A stretch of DNA of 64,000 bases from Clostridia bacterium (lineage in GTDB: Bacteria > Bacillota > Clostridia > UMGS1883 > UMGS1540). Position numbers and translations under genes: made by a program. Shown here one piece after another: positions 1 to 9,293 of this stretch; positions within the stretch are counted from its first letter, which is position 1, and each line of letters opens with the position of its first letter. The notes beneath the pieces were generated by a model. The model was given only the letters and a program-made list of their open reading frames with translations. It was not told the origin of the DNA and ran no database searches. The stretch is taken from the NCBI GenBank assembly GCA_045590195.1, contig JAZNQN010000044.1:19186-83185 (forward strand). The letters are read 5' to 3'.

Positions 1-495
1 GATGAAGAACAAAACAAGCTCTACATCAGAACAAACATATACAGAGATAACGGAGAATTAAAAGAAGGTAAACCTAAAACGGACGAGGGCGAAAGATGCA
101 TCATACTGCCAAAGGCAACTGCGGATATGTTAAAACAGCGAAGGCGGATATCAAAATGGATATTCCCGAACCTGACAACTCCTGGATTACCCATAGCACC
201 GGAGGCAGCCTACAGAAAAGCAAAACTGATTCTAAAAAGTCTGAATCTGCCGAACATATCCTTCCATGACCTACGACACACCTTCGCAACACATGCCATA
301 GCAAGCGGTGTAGATGCAAAAACACTATCAACGATACTTGGACATACAAACCCAAGCTTCACCCTCGACACATACACACATGTAACAACAGATATGCAAC
401 AAAAAGCATCAAATATAATAGAAATCTTTATGGAAGATATACTCGGAAAGGAGATGAAACCATGGCAAGACGAAAAAGCGGACAAGGAACAGTAA
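1..495 (+). CDS. Tyrosine site-specific recombinase (phage/ICE-type integrase), C-terminal portion. The 5' end is cut by the window edge.
   Basis: The frame is open from nt 1 with no start codon in the window. The C-terminal catalytic region carries the motifs HDLRHTFATHAIASG...LGH and a terminal Tyr-containing segment. It is paralogous to the next ORF. Confidence 0.8.
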   Translation, partial: DEEQNKLYIRTNIYRDNGELKEGKPKTDEGERCIILPKATADMLKQRRRISKWIFPNLTTPGLPIAPEAAYRKAKLILKSLNLPNISFHDLRHTFATHAIASGVDAKTLSTILGHTNPSFTLDTYTHVTTDMQQKASNIIEIFMEDILGKEMKPWQDEKADKEQ

Positions 496-1889
496 GACTC
501 AGAAAAGATGGTCGATGGGAAGGCAGAATTGTAATCGGTTACGATGAAAATGGTCTTCCTAAGACAAAAAATGTAACAGCCAAGACAAAAACGGAATGTA
601 TTGAGAAGCTGGAAAAGCTCAAAGATGAAACAGGTTTTATCCGCAGAGAAAAAGTGCATAGCAGAATGACCTTCGGTGAATGGATGGACTTCTGGTATCA
701 GAATTACTGCAAAATGCGAATAAAGGAATCAACTCAAGAGGGCTATGAAACAAGAATATATAATCATATAATCCCCAAGATAGGAAAAATTCCCCTAAAT
801 GAATTGACTCAAAATGACCTGCAGAAATTCTACAACAGCCTTAAACAAGACGGCAGACTGAGATATCGGGATACGCTCGGCGAAGGACTGTCCGACAGGT
901 TCGTGCGAAGCTGCCATGCAAACTGCAGAACTGCACTTCAAAAGGCAACGGATGACAGACTTATAAAAAAGAATCCTGCAATAGGCTGCAAGATACCACC
1001 TAAAAAGTCAAGAGAGATGCAGGTGCTGACGCCGGATGAAATTAAAAGGTTTCTTATACAAGCAAAATATGACGGATTCTTCGAAATCTTCTTAGTAGCC
1101 TTATCTACAGGCTTACGGCGAGGAGAAGATATGGCACTAAAATGGGAAGACTTAAACCTCGATACAGGAGAACTAAAGGTGCGAAGACAAGTCAAACGGA
1201 CAAAAGGCAGATTGGTCATAACAGAGCCAAAGACAGAAGAATCGGTAAGAACGATAATACTACCCAAAAGCCTTGTAAACATCCTGAAGGAATATAAGGA
1301 AACAATAGACTCAGAGTGGATGTTCCCATCACCAAAAGTTGAAGGGATGCCAAGAGATCCCTCAGCAGTATATGGAATGATGCAGGTAATATTAGAAAGA
1401 GCAGAATGTAAAAAGCTTCGATTCCACGATCTCCGCCACACCTTCGCAACCACATCGGTAGCAAACGGAATGGACATCAAAACCTTATCCACCATCCTCG
1501 GACATGTATCAAGCAAAACAACACTTGATATATACCTGCACAGCACCGAGGAAATGAAGAAAGAAGCGGCTGAAAAGATTAACGCCCGATTCAACAAGGA
1601 TACAAACGGTAGCGAAGAAACAATCACAGAAGAACAAGAGAAGCCTCCGCAAGCCAAATTTGAGCCTAAAAAGGGCAAGATGAGAAAGCCCGGCACAGGA
1701 TGCATCAGTAAGATAAACGACCACCTATACGAAGGAAGATACTCGCCAAAGGATGACTACGGCAAACGAATGGCAAGAAACATATATGCACCGACAAGAG
1801 AAGAATGTGAAGAAAAGCTCGGCATACTGATAAAGGAAATGAAAGCCGAAATCGCAGAACAAAAAGCAAAGCTCAAAAATGCAAAATAA
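462..1889 (+). CDS. Tyrosine integrase of the Tn916-Int type, with an AP2-like arm-binding domain at the N-terminus and a second related copy at the C-terminus
   Basis: 475 aa. The N-terminus (RKDGRWEGR...TKTECIEKL) resembles the Tn916 Int arm-binding fold. The catalytic box is R...HDLRHTFAT...LGH...Y. A C-terminal extension repeats the N-terminal pattern (YEGRYSPKDDYGKR...TREECEEKL). Confidence 0.85.
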   Translation: MARRKSGQGTVRLRKDGRWEGRIVIGYDENGLPKTKNVTAKTKTECIEKLEKLKDETGFIRREKVHSRMTFGEWMDFWYQNYCKMRIKESTQEGYETRIYNHIIPKIGKIPLNELTQNDLQKFYNSLKQDGRLRYRDTLGEGLSDRFVRSCHANCRTALQKATDDRLIKKNPAIGCKIPPKKSREMQVLTPDEIKRFLIQAKYDGFFEIFLVALSTGLRRGEDMALKWEDLNLDTGELKVRRQVKRTKGRLVITEPKTEESVRTIILPKSLVNILKEYKETIDSEWMFPSPKVEGMPRDPSAVYGMMQVILERAECKKLRFHDLRHTFATTSVANGMDIKTLSTILGHVSSKTTLDIYLHSTEEMKKEAAEKINARFNKDTNGSEETITEEQEKPPQAKFEPKKGKMRKPGTGCISKINDHLYEGRYSPKDDYGKRMARNIYAPTREECEEKLGILIKEMKAEIAEQKAKLKNAK

Positions 1890-1894
1890 CACAA

Positions 1895-1932
1895 ATGGCA
1901 CGGACATAAAAAAATCCGTGCCATAGCTTTTG
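1895..1932 (+). terminator. Rho-independent terminator after the integrase
   Basis: Hairpin ATGGCACGGA...TCCGTGCCAT (10-bp stem) followed by AGCTTTTGG. Confidence 0.5.
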
Positions 1933-1999
1933 GTGTATTAAATTTTGATACGCCTTAAACAAAGAAAAAGACTTTGTCCCACAGTTGAAGATGAAAAAA

Positions 2000-2009
2000 T
2001 GTGGTCAAA
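2000..2009. repeat. TGTGGTCAAA motif, copy 1 of 3. The other copies are in the palindrome at 2201-2231.
   Basis: Exact 10-mer shared with 2204-2213 and, inverted, with 2219-2228. It sits between the integrase and the tRNA 3' end. Confidence 0.5.
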
Positions 2010-2033
2010 CTCGTTTTTTTGACATTTTTTTAG

Positions 2034-2073
2034 ACAAATCAAAAACCTCAGAAACCGCTTGGTTACTGAGGTT
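2034..2073 (-). terminator. Terminator of tRNA-Pro, read on the minus strand
   Basis: Hairpin AACCTCAG...CTGAGGTT lies directly 3' of the tRNA. On the minus strand it is followed by TTTTGATTTG. Confidence 0.5.
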
Positions 2074-2078
2074 TAAGG

Positions 2079-2155
<77 letters not shown>

Positions 2156-2200
2156 ATATAAAATATTTGGTTTTTTCTATATTCCCGTATCTGTGGGATA

Positions 2201-2231
2201 ACATGTGGTCAAAACTTATTTGACCACATGT
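2201..2231. repeat. Perfect palindrome ACATGTGGTCAAA-ACTTA-TTTGACCACATGT (13-bp arms). It carries two inverted copies of the TGTGGTCAAA motif.
   Basis: The inverted repeat was read directly. It lies about 50 nt upstream of the tRNA-Pro 5' end. Confidence 0.6.
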
Positions 2232-2317
2232 ATTTTGTTTTTTTAGTCACCGTAAAGTGGCATTGTTAAAAGGTTTGCGGGAGTTCGGCTGATTACTAAT
2301 GAATTGAATAGTACCGT

Positions 2318-2357
2318 GTCCCGAACGATGCGCGCTACCAAACTGCGCTACACCCCG
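2318..2357 (-). repeat. Partial copy of the tRNA-Pro 5' half, from the anticodon stem to the 5' end. It is not a complete tRNA.
   Basis: 38 of 40 nt match tRNA positions 2116-2155. No T-arm or acceptor 3' strand is found downstream. Confidence 0.7.
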
Positions 2358-2443
2358 TAACAACCTAAATTATTATAGCACAGAGAATACATAAAGTCAA
2401 ATATTTTTTTAAAGGTGCAACAATTTGTTGCACCTTTAATCAG

Positions 2444-4204
2444 TTATTCCGCAATCATATATTCGCCAATAAACAATATTTCTTCGTTTGTATTATCACG
2501 AATTACAAAAGTAAATGGTTTATCAAATTTTACTTCGATTGGCTCTGTTGGCGCAGAGGCAGCACCTGCCATCATTATTGCAGTTACAGCTGCAGCTTCA
2601 GTTCCTTTTTCGTCAACATTTATATACGTTTTATGAAGTATTTTATCTATGTACATATTAAACTCGTCTTTTTTATCAAACATCTTTTCAAATTCAGCCT
2701 CAAAGGCATCAAAGGCCTTAATTATACCGGCATTTTTCAAAATATCGTTAAGCTCTATTGATGTTTCGATTTTGAATTTCGGCACATAAAGATGAATTCT
2801 TTGACCTTTCATTCTGCCAAGACCAATAATATTTTCCAGTTCAGCTACCCTATTCTCATAATCTGTCATCATTATATACATACTTATATTTACATTATCA
2901 CGATGAAAATCGGCCACAGAGCCATCATCATTTAAAGTGTGAGTAGTACTCTCATAAGGTAACTCTATTACAGTTGTTTTATCATCAGCAAAATACATAA
3001 AATTAGCTGTGTTTTGCATAAATTCAGCTTTTGAAACTGTTCCGTCGAAATTATAAAAATTATCTTTAGAGGTTAATTCTTCTTCAAATTCATTATTCCA
3101 GTTTCCGCTGAAATATACCGCATTTATAAGTGCGGCCCAAAAATCAGCGCTATTTATAATTTCAGGAATTTTTTCGTTTGTTTTATCCGAAACCCAGTTA
3201 TTTATTGTTTTAACAGCATTTTTTCTGTCAACCTCTTTTGCCTCAGCACCATAATAGGAATACACTGTGTCTTTATATGTTCTTGAAAAATTTTTGGTGC
3301 TTTCATCCTTATTAAGCCAAATAGAATTTGCAATACTAAGCTTAACAGCTTTTGCCTCTAAATAGCTTTCAATTAAAGACTTTGCAGTTTCATTATACTG
3401 AGCTATATCATAAATTTCGGCAACTTCGCTTATTTCTTTATAAGTTTCGCCCTCTGCCCCGTTTGCTGCAAGCGCAAGAGCCATTTTAATTGAAAGCGGC
3501 GAAAACATATAGTTACTATTTTTCGGCATACCGCTATTTAAATCATCTGCAAAATAACTTTTGGCAGGTGTACCGCCAAATAGTATTCCTTCAAAATCAT
3601 TTTGTGTGTAAAGTCCCTTATCAATTAGCTTTTTATAAAGCATTTGTCCGTCAGCACATTTTGATGTAAGAGCGCTGCGGCAAAGCCTTGTTACATCACT
3701 TCTTAAAAGACTGTAATTTCCTTCAACAACGCTTTTGGTAAAATTATTGTTTATTACATCTGCAGCTTTTCCAATTTTAAGAGCGTTTTCAATTGTAACT
3801 TCAGAATATCCCATAACAGTCAATAAAATTTTTAAAAACTCTTTTCCCGTAACAGTTCTTTGCGGCTGAAAAGTAGTAGCTGATGTACCGTCAATATAGC
3901 CTGCTATGTAAAATTTTTCTATAACATCGGCCGCCCAGTGGCCTTTTACATCTTCAAACGGGAAATCGGCCATAGCTATGTCACTAAATGCTACTCCTGT
4001 TGTGCGCCAGATGAAAGTTAGCGCTTCTGCACGAGTTACCTCTCTCTCCAGTTCATAACCAATATCTGTACCCTTTAAAATGCCAAGTATTGCCATACCT
4101 TCTGCACCGGTATCAATAGGTATTTCTTCCCTTGGTAAGATTGCTGCCGAAGCAGATACGAAAAGCATTAAGGCAGCTAACAATAAAGCAAATATTTTTT
4201 TCAT
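2444..4204 (-). CDS. Secreted serpin (serine protease inhibitor) with N-terminal SLH cell-wall anchoring domains
   Basis: There is a signal peptide (MKKIFALLLAALMLFVSASA). SLH-like repeats match the pattern F.DV..HWA...I..G...GY..G..F.P. The serpin core carries the motif FSPLSIKMALALAANGA, the hinge EKGTEAAAVTA and the C-terminal signature KPFTFVIRD...ILFIGEY. The RBS is AAGGAGG. Confidence 0.75.
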   Translation of the reverse strand: MKKIFALLLAALMLFVSASAAILPREEIPIDTGAEGMAILGILKGTDIGYELEREVTRAEALTFIWRTTGVAFSDIAMADFPFEDVKGHWAADVIEKFYIAGYIDGTSATTFQPQRTVTGKEFLKILLTVMGYSEVTIENALKIGKAADVINNNFTKSVVEGNYSLLRSDVTRLCRSALTSKCADGQMLYKKLIDKGLYTQNDFEGILFGGTPAKSYFADDLNSGMPKNSNYMFSPLSIKMALALAANGAEGETYKEISEVAEIYDIAQYNETAKSLIESYLEAKAVKLSIANSIWLNKDESTKNFSRTYKDTVYSYYGAEAKEVDRKNAVKTINNWVSDKTNEKIPEIINSADFWAALINAVYFSGNWNNEFEEELTSKDNFYNFDGTVSKAEFMQNTANFMYFADDKTTVIELPYESTTHTLNDDGSVADFHRDNVNISMYIMMTDYENRVAELENIIGLGRMKGQRIHLYVPKFKIETSIELNDILKNAGIIKAFDAFEAEFEKMFDKKDEFNMYIDKILHKTYINVDEKGTEAAAVTAIMMAGAASAPTEPIEVKFDKPFTFVIRDNTNEEILFIGEYMIAE

Positions 4205-4254
4205 ATTATACCTCCTTTTTCCTTTTTAGACGAGCAGTTTTAAAAAAAGTTCCA

Positions 4255-4296
4255 AAAAACCCAAAAAATCCGCCAAGGCGGATTTTTTGGGTTTAG
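4255..4296 (-). terminator. Terminator downstream of htrA
   Basis: GC hairpin CCAAAAAATCCGCC...GGCGGATTTTTTGG flanked by A and T runs. Confidence 0.5.
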
Positions 4297-4318
4297 GGAT
4301 ATATCTATGAAAACGTGG

Positions 4319-5638
4319 TTATTGCGCTTTTGTAGTATCTTCGCCAAGAACAACCGAAACATCCATTGCAGAGCCGTTTCTGTTGATTTTAAGAGTTATA
4401 GTGTCGCCTGCTTTGTGTGAATCGCGTATTTCATTAAGGCCTTCGGAGCTTGTAACTTCCTGTCCGTTACAGGAAATAATTATATCACCCTTCATAATTC
4501 CGGCTTTTGCAGCACCTGTTCCCTCTGTAACTTCTACAACAAAAAGTCCTTTTGCAGGGAGATTGTAATAATAAGCTTCCTGCTCGGAAACATATCTTAC
4601 TGAAAGCCCAATAAGCGGACGGCCTTTTACATAGCCAAAGTTAATAAGGTCTTCAATAATAGGTTTTGCATCACTTATTGGAATTGCAAACCCAAGGCCT
4701 TCAACCCCGCTTGAAGAAACCTTAACCGAGTTAATGCCGATAACTTCGCCAAATTCGTTAACAAGCGCTCCACCGCTGTTACCAGGATTAATTGCAGCAT
4801 CTGTCTGAATCATTTTATAGGTTCTTCTGTCAACAGTAACAGTTCTGTTAACGGCACTTATAATACCCTGAGTAAGCGAGCCTGCAAACTCAAGCCCTAG
4901 TGGATTACCGATTGCAACAACTTTTTCGCCTGCTTCAAGATTTGTGCTTTCACCAAAAACAGCCGCAGGAAGATTTGTTTCCTCTATTTTAATTACCGCA
5001 AGGTCGGTTTTTTCGTCGCCACCAATAAGTTTTGCCTCATATTCTTTTCCTGTATTTAAAACAACTTTAACCGAGGTTGCACCTGCGATTACATGGTAGT
5101 TTGTAACAATGTATCCGTTCTCTGTAAAAATAATACCTGAGCCACTACCTGATGAAACATCTGAGAAAAAGCCCTGATACTGAACTGTGCTGACAATTCC
5201 AACTACTGATGGGCCAACAAGTTTTCCAATATCAACTGTTGACAACACTTTTCTGTCGTCTTTATTATAAGTTACGGGCTGTGCATTTGTTTTGTTTTCT
5301 TCGATTTGTGAAGTTCCAAATGAAAACTGCTGCATATTTCCGTTTTGCATAAGGCCGCTGATTACAGGCGATACAAGCGAAAAAATGAGAGCTCCCATTA
5401 TTGCGCTGACCGTTGCAACAAGCCAGGTTTTGGGCTTTTTATGCTTTTTCTCTCTTTTTATATTCTGCTTATAAGAAGAAACAACCACAGGATAAACATC
5501 ACCTTTTTTAAATCTGTAAGAAGTATCTTCATCTATTGTAAAGAAAGATTGTTGATTTTCATTTTCCAATGTTTCTGCATCAAAAGCCATATTTGCTTCT
5601 TCTTCAGAAAAATTGTTGTTTTCAAAATTTTCTTGCAT
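4319..5638 (-). CDS. htrA: HtrA/DegP-family serine protease with a trypsin-like domain and a PDZ domain, membrane anchored
   Basis: It has a His-box (TNYHVI), an Asp-box (DLAVIKIE) and a Ser-box (GNSGGALVN), a C-terminal PDZ domain and an N-terminal transmembrane segment. The start was moved to the ATG at 5638 (MQENF...), which has an AAGGAGAG RBS. The ORF-track start at 5677 lacks an RBS. Confidence 0.85.
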   Translation of the reverse strand: MQENFENNNFSEEEANMAFDAETLENENQQSFFTIDEDTSYRFKKGDVYPVVVSSYKQNIKREKKHKKPKTWLVATVSAIMGALIFSLVSPVISGLMQNGNMQQFSFGTSQIEENKTNAQPVTYNKDDRKVLSTVDIGKLVGPSVVGIVSTVQYQGFFSDVSSGSGSGIIFTENGYIVTNYHVIAGATSVKVVLNTGKEYEAKLIGGDEKTDLAVIKIEETNLPAAVFGESTNLEAGEKVVAIGNPLGLEFAGSLTQGIISAVNRTVTVDRRTYKMIQTDAAINPGNSGGALVNEFGEVIGINSVKVSSSGVEGLGFAIPISDAKPIIEDLINFGYVKGRPLIGLSVRYVSEQEAYYYNLPAKGLFVVEVTEGTGAAKAGIMKGDIIISCNGQEVTSSEGLNEIRDSHKAGDTITLKINRNGSAMDVSVVLGEDTTKAQ

Positions 5639-5723
5639 AGTTTCTCTCCTTTGTTTTATTTGATTTAATTTTAACACTTAATTATTATCAATCTATGAAC
5701 AAACTTAAAAAAAAATTTAAAAC

Positions 5724-7139
5724 CTAGGCTTTTTTTAGTTTAAACTTAAATCTTGCCCACCTGTCTTTTTCGCTTTCAACTAAAATTTTTTCGCCGTGAT
5801 TTGCCAAAATGCTGTGAACCATAAAAAGCCCTAATCCCATACCATTTTTATCATAGCTACGAGATTTATCTGACTTATAAAATCTTTCAAACACATGGCT
5901 TATTTCCTCAGGGGTAATACCAATGCCAGAATTTTCAACAGAAATATCAACCTTTCCTCCCGAAGCTCGCAATACTTTAATTTTTATATATCCGCCTTCA
6001 AAATTAAATTTAATTGCGTTATCGATAAGGTTAGTCATAACCTGTGAAATTGCATCTTTATCGGCGAAAACAAATTCGTTTTCATTTTCAAATTCAATAT
6101 CAACATCAATTTTTTTCTCGTTAATCTGATTTTCAAATCTTAATATAGTTATTCTTACAAGCTCGTTAATATCAAAGCTTCTTGGCGAAAGCTTCATAGT
6201 GCCCGATTCAATTCTGGAAAGGTCTAAAAGTTTTCCAACAAGCCTTGCAAGACGTTTTGTTTCATCAAGAACAATTTTCAGGTATTTATCCTTATCTTCT
6301 TCTGAAATAGTTCCATCAAGAATCCCCTCAACAAAACCTGAAATTGTAGTCATAGGCGTTCTAAGTTCGTGAGAAACGTTTGAAATAAAATCAGAACGCA
6401 TATCTTCAAGGTTTTTTAAAGAATCGGTCATTTTATTAAAGTTTTCAGCAAGTTCCGCAATATCAGTATTCCCTTCTGCCCGAACTTTCAAATCAAAATT
6501 CCCTTTTGCTATTTCTTTGGAAATTTTATTCATTTCCATTATCGGCCTTGATATTCTTTTAGAGTAAAAATAAAGCATAACAACAACGCCGAAAAAAACG
6601 ATAGTTATTGTTGTAAGAAAGGTTTTAACAAAATAATACTTTTGCTGATTAACAACCGGAGATGGAACAGACAAAAAAGTTGCCCCTACAATAGAGTTAT
6701 TCCCTTTAAGAGGAATTCCAACCGTTAAATATGTCCCCTTAAAAAGGCCGTTCATATTACCAATCTGCAAAAAATCGTTACCATCTAAAACCTTTTTGGC
6801 AATTTTATCTTCAGGAACTCTGTCTCCAAAATGCTTCGATGCATTGTTGCTGGTTAACAGATTTCCATACCTGTCCATAATATACACAACGCCGTTTACT
6901 TTGCTTGCAGAATCGTTTAAGCTTTTTTTATAAAGCTTTTCAACAGTAGGCGTTCTGTTTGACAGATAAAATATCGTAAGGTCATTTATTCTTTCTGCTT
7001 CATCTCTTAAAATGTCGCCTTTTTCATTTATAAAAAAGTCGCCTAAAAAGCCAAATAAAACAGTTCCCGTAACAATTAAAAGAACAAGCGTTATAATTAC
7101 ACTTACAAATATAATTCTCGAGTAAATTGTTTTAAGCAT
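5724..7139 (-). CDS. Sensor histidine kinase with two transmembrane segments, an extracytoplasmic loop, and HAMP, HisKA and HATPase domains
   Basis: The H-box is SHELRTPMTTISGF and the G-boxes are GMGLGL. Together with the adjacent response regulator it resembles CssS/VicK-type kinases. Confidence 0.8.
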   Translation of the reverse strand: MLKTIYSRIIFVSVIITLVLLIVTGTVLFGFLGDFFINEKGDILRDEAERINDLTIFYLSNRTPTVEKLYKKSLNDSASKVNGVVYIMDRYGNLLTSNNASKHFGDRVPEDKIAKKVLDGNDFLQIGNMNGLFKGTYLTVGIPLKGNNSIVGATFLSVPSPVVNQQKYYFVKTFLTTITIVFFGVVVMLYFYSKRISRPIMEMNKISKEIAKGNFDLKVRAEGNTDIAELAENFNKMTDSLKNLEDMRSDFISNVSHELRTPMTTISGFVEGILDGTISEEDKDKYLKIVLDETKRLARLVGKLLDLSRIESGTMKLSPRSFDINELVRITILRFENQINEKKIDVDIEFENENEFVFADKDAISQVMTNLIDNAIKFNFEGGYIKIKVLRASGGKVDISVENSGIGITPEEISHVFERFYKSDKSRSYDKNGMGLGLFMVHSILANHGEKILVESEKDRWARFKFKLKKA

Positions 7140-7838
7140 TTACTTCACCTCAAACTTATATCCTACTCCCCACACAGTTTTAAGCGACCAGCCTTCATCA
7201 ACGCCTTCAAGCTTTTCACGAAGCCTTTTTACATGAACATCAACCGTTCTTGAATCGCCAAAATAATCAAAATCCCAAACTTCACCCAGCAGCTGTTCTC
7301 TAGTAAAAACGCGGTTTGGATGAGATGCAAGAAAATATAAAAGCTCGAGTTCCTTTGGCGGAACATCAATTTCTTCTTCCTGAACGCGAAGCTCGTAATT
7401 GTTAAGGCTTATGTAAAGCCCGGGAAGGGAAACCTCGCCATTATCGGCTTTGTCAGCTTTATTTTCAAATCTTCTTAAAACTGCCTTTATTCTTGCAGAA
7501 AGCTCTTTTGCCTCAAAAGGCTTAACAATGTAGTCATCCGCTCCCATTTCGAGCCCTAAAACTTTGTCAAATGTTTCGCCTTTGGCAGTAAGCATAATTA
7601 TCGGAACATTACTCTCTGCCCTGATTTCTCTGCAAACTCTTATTCCATCGATTTTAGGAAGCATAATATCAAGCACTATAAGGTCAGGCGATGCTGATTT
7701 AAACTTTTCTATTGCCTCTTCGCCATCGTATGCAAACAAGGTTTCATAACCTTCTTTTTTAAGATACAAACCTATAAGGTCGCAAATATTTTTATCATCG
7801 TCAACAACCAAAATTTTCGTTTCGTTCATTAAATTCAC
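7140..7838 (-). CDS. OmpR-family response regulator
   Basis: The receiver domain (VVDDD...D54 region...KP) and a winged-helix C-terminus (VWGVGYKF) are present. Its stop is adjacent to the kinase start. Confidence 0.85.
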   Translation of the reverse strand: MNLMNETKILVVDDDKNICDLIGLYLKKEGYETLFAYDGEEAIEKFKSASPDLIVLDIMLPKIDGIRVCREIRAESNVPIIMLTAKGETFDKVLGLEMGADDYIVKPFEAKELSARIKAVLRRFENKADKADNGEVSLPGLYISLNNYELRVQEEEIDVPPKELELLYFLASHPNRVFTREQLLGEVWDFDYFGDSRTVDVHVKRLREKLEGVDEGWSLKTVWGVGYKFEVK

Positions 7839-8017
7839 TCCTTTTATTTTATTCTAACATAATTTGTTAATAAAATGTAGGTGTATTTTTTAAGTAAAAG
7901 TAAATTTTTTGTAAACTACTCTATTATTATATATAAATATGCAATAAAAATCAACACATTGACAAAATTTATAAGATGTTGTAAAATTGTCGTATAATAA
8001 AAACAAAGGGGTTTTTT

Positions 8018-9112
8018 ATGAATACTATAACTTCTGAACCTAAAATAGAAAAAAAGCGTATGCTTTTTATTGATATTCTTAAAACTATCGCAATTTTCGG
8101 CGTTTTAATAATTCATTTCACACCGAGAGCTTATACTGAATATTCTCCTTATTCATTTCAGTATATATTTACTGTTTTTATAAACTGCCTGGTACGCTTT
8201 AGTGTACCTGTTTTTGTAATGTGCAGCGGTACACTTTTTCTTGATGATAACAAATCAGTTTCAGTAAGGAGTATTTATAAAAAATACATACCACGTATAG
8301 TTATAGCCCTTTTCATTTTTGCGGTAATTTACGAAGGGTTTTCAATTTGTTGTTCTTTTCTTAATACGGGCGTTTGGGATACTGCTTTTTTTGTCACTGC
8401 CTTGAAAAACCTTTTAACCTTTAACACCCATTTTCACTTGTATTATCTTTACATAATTATAATTCTTTATGCTCTTACGCCAACAATTAAATTGTTTTTA
8501 AAATCTGCCAGGAAAAGAGATATTGAATATATAATTTTGTTTATTTTTATAACAAGCATTTTTCTGCCGTTTCTCAGAAACTTTTATCCTCTCGACCGCT
8601 ATTTCGGAGGTATGACTTTTCAGTACTCTTTAAATCTTGTATACAGCCTGATTGTTTACTACATACTTGGATACTATTTAAACAAATTCCCTCCAGAAGG
8701 CAAGAAATTTATTCTTACAATTGCACTTGGTATACTTAGTGTTTTTATAACATTTTTCGGCACAACAAACCGCCTTATTGAAAGCGGCTCTCTTTCCGAA
8801 ATTTATCTGCAGGGAACTTCGCCAACTGTATTTTTTATGTCGACAGCGCTGTTCTCTTCAGCAAAAAAACTAAGCAAAAATATCAGTGAACATTCTTTTG
8901 CATCAAGAATTTTTAAATTTATTTCAAAAGTAAGCTTTACAATTTATCTTGTACACGAGTGTTTTAATATTTTGTTTGAAAAACTTGGATTTACTATTTT
9001 TTGTATGAATCCTCTTATTTCTCTCCCTCTTTTGCTCATTTCAAACACAATACTTTCATCACTTGCATATCTGATTTTAAGAAAAATTCCAGGCATTAAA
9101 AGTATTTTGTAA
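8018..9112 (+). CDS. Acyltransferase-3 family integral membrane protein
   Basis: About ten transmembrane helices with an N-terminal pattern (ILKTIAIFGVLIIHF) typical of PF01757. Confidence 0.6.
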   Translation: MNTITSEPKIEKKRMLFIDILKTIAIFGVLIIHFTPRAYTEYSPYSFQYIFTVFINCLVRFSVPVFVMCSGTLFLDDNKSVSVRSIYKKYIPRIVIALFIFAVIYEGFSICCSFLNTGVWDTAFFVTALKNLLTFNTHFHLYYLYIIIILYALTPTIKLFLKSARKRDIEYIILFIFITSIFLPFLRNFYPLDRYFGGMTFQYSLNLVYSLIVYYILGYYLNKFPPEGKKFILTIALGILSVFITFFGTTNRLIESGSLSEIYLQGTSPTVFFMSTALFSSAKKLSKNISEHSFASRIFKFISKVSFTIYLVHECFNILFEKLGFTIFCMNPLISLPLLLISNTILSSLAYLILRKIPGIKSIL

Positions 9113-9126
9113 TAAAAGCAAATCTA

Positions 9127-9155
9127 TTGACAAAATATGATATTTTTTATATAAT
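9127..9155 (+). promoter_or_regulatory. Consensus sigma-A promoter, TTGACA-17-TATAAT
   Basis: TTGACA lies at 9127-9132 and TATAAT at 9150-9155. The start codon at 9294 is about 130 nt downstream of the predicted transcription start. Confidence 0.5.
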
Positions 9156-9293
9156 TAAGTATATTTTTCGAAATGTGGTGATTTTATTTTTTTACCAAGA
9201 TTTAATGTAACGGTTTCTTCGTCTGTTCATAATAAGACGGCAACCGATTGCTTTTACATAAACGGTTCATGCCCGCCCGGCGGCTCAAAAATT

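Noticed and set aside
1-1889. Calling the tandem integrases Tn554 tnpA/tnpB
   Set aside because: Only the tandem arrangement and family are similar. The Tn916-type arm-binding domain and the tRNA-adjacent position argue for a different element. No tnpC-like ORF was seen, and the rest of the element is outside the window.
2270-2357. A second complete tRNA gene
   Set aside because: Only the 5' half (40 nt) matches tRNA-Pro. The downstream sequence has no T-arm or acceptor 3' strand, so it is a fragment.
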